DNA from: a virus
Taxonomy: Duplodnaviria; Caudoviricetes
Length of the DNA stretch: 64,000 nucleotides
IMG/VR virus record: IMGVR_UViG_3300029288_000168
Span: 5,394 to 69,393 of that record
Direction: 5' to 3' (one strand)
The first letter of the stretch is position 1. The number at the start of each line of letters is the position of its first letter. Position numbers and translations under genes: made by a program. Positions 61,655 to 64,000 of the stretch are shown here, in pieces. The notes beneath the pieces were generated by a model. It was not told the origin of the DNA, searched no databases, and saw only the letters and a program-made list of their open reading frames with translations.

Positions 61655-62836
61655 ATGGCTAAAAAAGAAGAGAAGGGTGTTGTAAGCAAGTTGGAATCAG
61701 TTGACATATCAAAGCTTGTTAGTGGGTTGGTTGATGAGTATAGGAAGAAGAATATGCTTATCGAAACTGGGCACATTAACTGTGAGTTTTTTGATTCTGG
61801 AAACTTGGCGCTTAATTATATTTTGTCTGGCAAGTTTGATGAGGGATTCCCTACTGGTCAAGTTATTAACGTCCATGGTGATCCTCAGACTGGGAAAAGC
61901 TTGTTAGTATGCAATGCCATAGCTAACTTCCTAAAGAAATACCCAGATGGTGTTGCCATATTGGATGATACAGAGTTTGCCTATGTTGAATATTTAGGCA
62001 GTAATTTAGGTATTGATGAGTCAAGGTTTATAAGGTTAAATACCTCTACTGTTGAGGAGCATTCTAAGGCAGTGTTCTTTGGCGGTAAGATTAAGACAAT
62101 GGACGTTGATACTGGAAAGGATGTGGAGGTAGAGGTAGAGCCTATTGTACCTAAGCTTTGGAATAAAGGATGTAAACACATCCTTATAGCAGTTGATTCT
62201 ATAGCTATGTGGTCAACTGAGCATGAGCTTGCTATAGTTGGTTTAGATAAGCCTGATATGGGCAAGGCAAAAGTGTTGAGGGCTCTGCTCCGTACTATCA
62301 TGCCAGAGGTAAAGAAATACGGTTTAACATATATAATTACTAATCATTTGATATTCAACATAGGCGATATGTTTGGACCGCGCAAAATTGAAGGTGGTGG
62401 TCAGGCGCCAGCGTATCAGTCTTCTATAAGGCTTTGTATGCAAATTGCTGGGAAAATAAAGGTTGACAGTAAGGGTAAGAGTGGGGAACTAGGGGGAGAC
62501 AAGGATGATAAGAATGCCAAGATAGTTGGCGTAGTTGCTAGGGCTACCACGGTTAAAAACAGGTTTGCACCTCCATTTAGAAATTGCCTTATAGACATTA
62601 AGTTTGATGCGGGTATGTCTAGGTTTTCTGGGTTGTTGAAGCTCCTACAAGATTTGAGCATTGTATTGCTTGCGCCCGGTGGATGGTACGAAACTTGCGA
62701 TAAGAAAATAAAGTTTCAATCTAAAGACTTTGAAGCTAAGTGGCCTGAAATAAAGGCATTGATAACTCCAGATAGGGTAAAGATGCGCGAGTCGGAGTCT
62801 CCTATAATAGTTGAGGATATAAAAGACGAGGAATAA
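61655..62836 (+). CDS. recA: RecA/UvsX recombinase
   Basis: SGNLALN, GDPQTGKS, DTE, VDSIA, VKNRF..P. Confidence 0.9.
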   Translation: MAKKEEKGVVSKLESVDISKLVSGLVDEYRKKNMLIETGHINCEFFDSGNLALNYILSGKFDEGFPTGQVINVHGDPQTGKSLLVCNAIANFLKKYPDGVAILDDTEFAYVEYLGSNLGIDESRFIRLNTSTVEEHSKAVFFGGKIKTMDVDTGKDVEVEVEPIVPKLWNKGCKHILIAVDSIAMWSTEHELAIVGLDKPDMGKAKVLRALLRTIMPEVKKYGLTYIITNHLIFNIGDMFGPRKIEGGGQAPAYQSSIRLCMQIAGKIKVDSKGKSGELGGDKDDKNAKIVGVVARATTVKNRFAPPFRNCLIDIKFDAGMSRFSGLLKLLQDLSIVLLAPGGWYETCDKKIKFQSKDFEAKWPEIKALITPDRVKMRESESPIIVEDIKDEE

Positions 62837-62850
62837 GAAAGGAAAACGCT

Positions 62851-63981
62851 ATGTTTAAATACTCACATCAGTCTATAAGCTTAGATGAGGTATCTGTAAT
62901 ACCAGAGTCGGTAACTACTATAAGTGACGACGATGTTGATTTAACTATGTGGATAGGGGACTTAAAGCTCAAGTTGCCTATTGTAGGCGCCGCTATGGAT
63001 AGCGTTATGTCGGTCAAGTCGTTATTAGAACTAGGAAGGCTTGGTGGCATCGGCATTGTTAACCTATGCGGTTTGATCTCAAGGTATCCGTTAGATAAAT
63101 ATAATGATATATATGCAGAACTTGCAAGTTCCCCGTCTGTGTCTACCTTACAGAAGATTTATAACTCAGAGCCGGTTAATATGGTAGTATTGCAGAGCAA
63201 CTTGGCAAAATTGCAGGAGATAGTTGGGGATGTAGAATTTGCTGTATCTGCTACTCCACAACAGGCTGAAAGGTTGTTTGGCGTTGCAATGCAACAAGGC
63301 ATAAGAGCTTTAGTTATCCAGTCGTCGTTTATATCACCGTACTGGTCGTCGAGTAAGGCTACTGGTCTCAATGTTGGAAAATTTATCCAATATGCGCGCC
63401 AAAACGGGTGCACGGTAATGGTTGGTAATGTGGCCAGTTTGAATGCAGCTGTACCCTTTATAGAGGCTGGTGTAGATGCTATTATTGAAGGTGTTGGACC
63501 TGGAGTCCAGTGTACCACTCGCTTTGTTTTAGGCATAGGAGCTGGACATGTTACTACGATAGACGACTTACGTGGATATATTGAAAAGCAGAAATCTAGG
63601 ACAATTATTATAGCAGATGGTGGCATACACAATAGTGGCGACATTGTTAAATTGATGTGTTGTGGTGCTCATGCTGTTATTTTGGGCGGTATGATATCCA
63701 AAACAGTAGAGTCGCCGTTTAATGGATATCATTGGGGCATGTCGGCCTATCACCATACTCTGCCCAGAGGCACGCTTTTGCATTATGAGGTTGAAGATGG
63801 GGCTACAATAGAAAGGTTGTTAATGGGGCCGTCCACAAGAGCCGATGGTACATTGGCGCTCATTCCAGCCATAAAGAATGCTTTATCTAATTTGGGTTGT
63901 AATAGTATAAATAATGCCTACAGAGATACATTGGTAACGCGGTTTGCTGGCATACTAACAGAGGGTAAAGATAAAAAATGA
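62851..63981 (+). CDS. IMPDH/GMPR family protein (GuaB3-like, no CBS domain)
   Basis: AAMDSV, GVGPGVQCTTR, IADGG, YHWGM. Confidence 0.82.
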   Translation: MFKYSHQSISLDEVSVIPESVTTISDDDVDLTMWIGDLKLKLPIVGAAMDSVMSVKSLLELGRLGGIGIVNLCGLISRYPLDKYNDIYAELASSPSVSTLQKIYNSEPVNMVVLQSNLAKLQEIVGDVEFAVSATPQQAERLFGVAMQQGIRALVIQSSFISPYWSSSKATGLNVGKFIQYARQNGCTVMVGNVASLNAAVPFIEAGVDAIIEGVGPGVQCTTRFVLGIGAGHVTTIDDLRGYIEKQKSRTIIIADGGIHNSGDIVKLMCCGAHAVILGGMISKTVESPFNGYHWGMSAYHHTLPRGTLLHYEVEDGATIERLLMGPSTRADGTLALIPAIKNALSNLGCNSINNAYRDTLVTRFAGILTEGKDKK

Positions 63982-64000
63982 TGACGAATAAGGAAGCGAA

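Noticed and set aside
1-64000. Stop-codon reassignment
   Set aside because: Genes are full-length in the standard code, and no CTA/TCA/TTA suppressor tRNA is present
1-64000. Cellular chromosome (given rnpB, tRNAs, recA, nrdJ)
   Set aside because: Tail spikes, gp32/gp41/UvsY-like genes, single-strand gene packing and many HEGs, with no ribosomal or other housekeeping operons, indicate a phage

Overview
A 64 kb segment of a large tailed dsDNA bacteriophage genome. Essentially all genes are on the + strand, in the standard genetic code, with strong SD sites and repeated sigma70/sigmaA-type promoters; the host cannot be assigned from the sequence. Layout: (1) 1-11.5 kb: two beta-helix tail fibre/spike genes with C-terminal S74-type chaperones, a trypsin-like protease between them, then membrane/lysis-type genes. 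(2) 11.7-25.7 kb: a 14-gene sugar synthesis/transfer cluster. (3) 25.8-28.6 kb: small early genes. (4) 28.6-37.7 kb: an RNA-rich island holding two large structured ncRNA candidates behind a DIP1984-like gene, a micro-ORF/attenuator-like leader, 37 CCA-ending tRNAs for all 20 amino acids, a compact RNase P RNA, several non-tRNA structured RNAs, homing endonucleases, and three tandem Y-RNA-like stems (one with a circularly permuted tRNA mimic) upstream of a TerD-domain protein. (5) 39.7-47 kb: ligase, HNH, early genes and a third large ncRNA candidate. (6) 47-64 kb: replication and nucleotide metabolism (gp32-like SSB, primase, two helicases, UDG-fused family A polymerase with an intein, a PurZ/PurZ0-like synthase suggesting 2-aminoadenine DNA, MTase, class II RNR, UvsY, RecA, GuaB3-like). 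The best candidates for undescribed systems are the Y-like RNA array plus TerD-domain protein, the DIP1984-like protein plus ncRNAs, and the boxA-marked large ncRNAs. All calls come from reading motifs and base-pairing by eye; no searches or folding programs were run.
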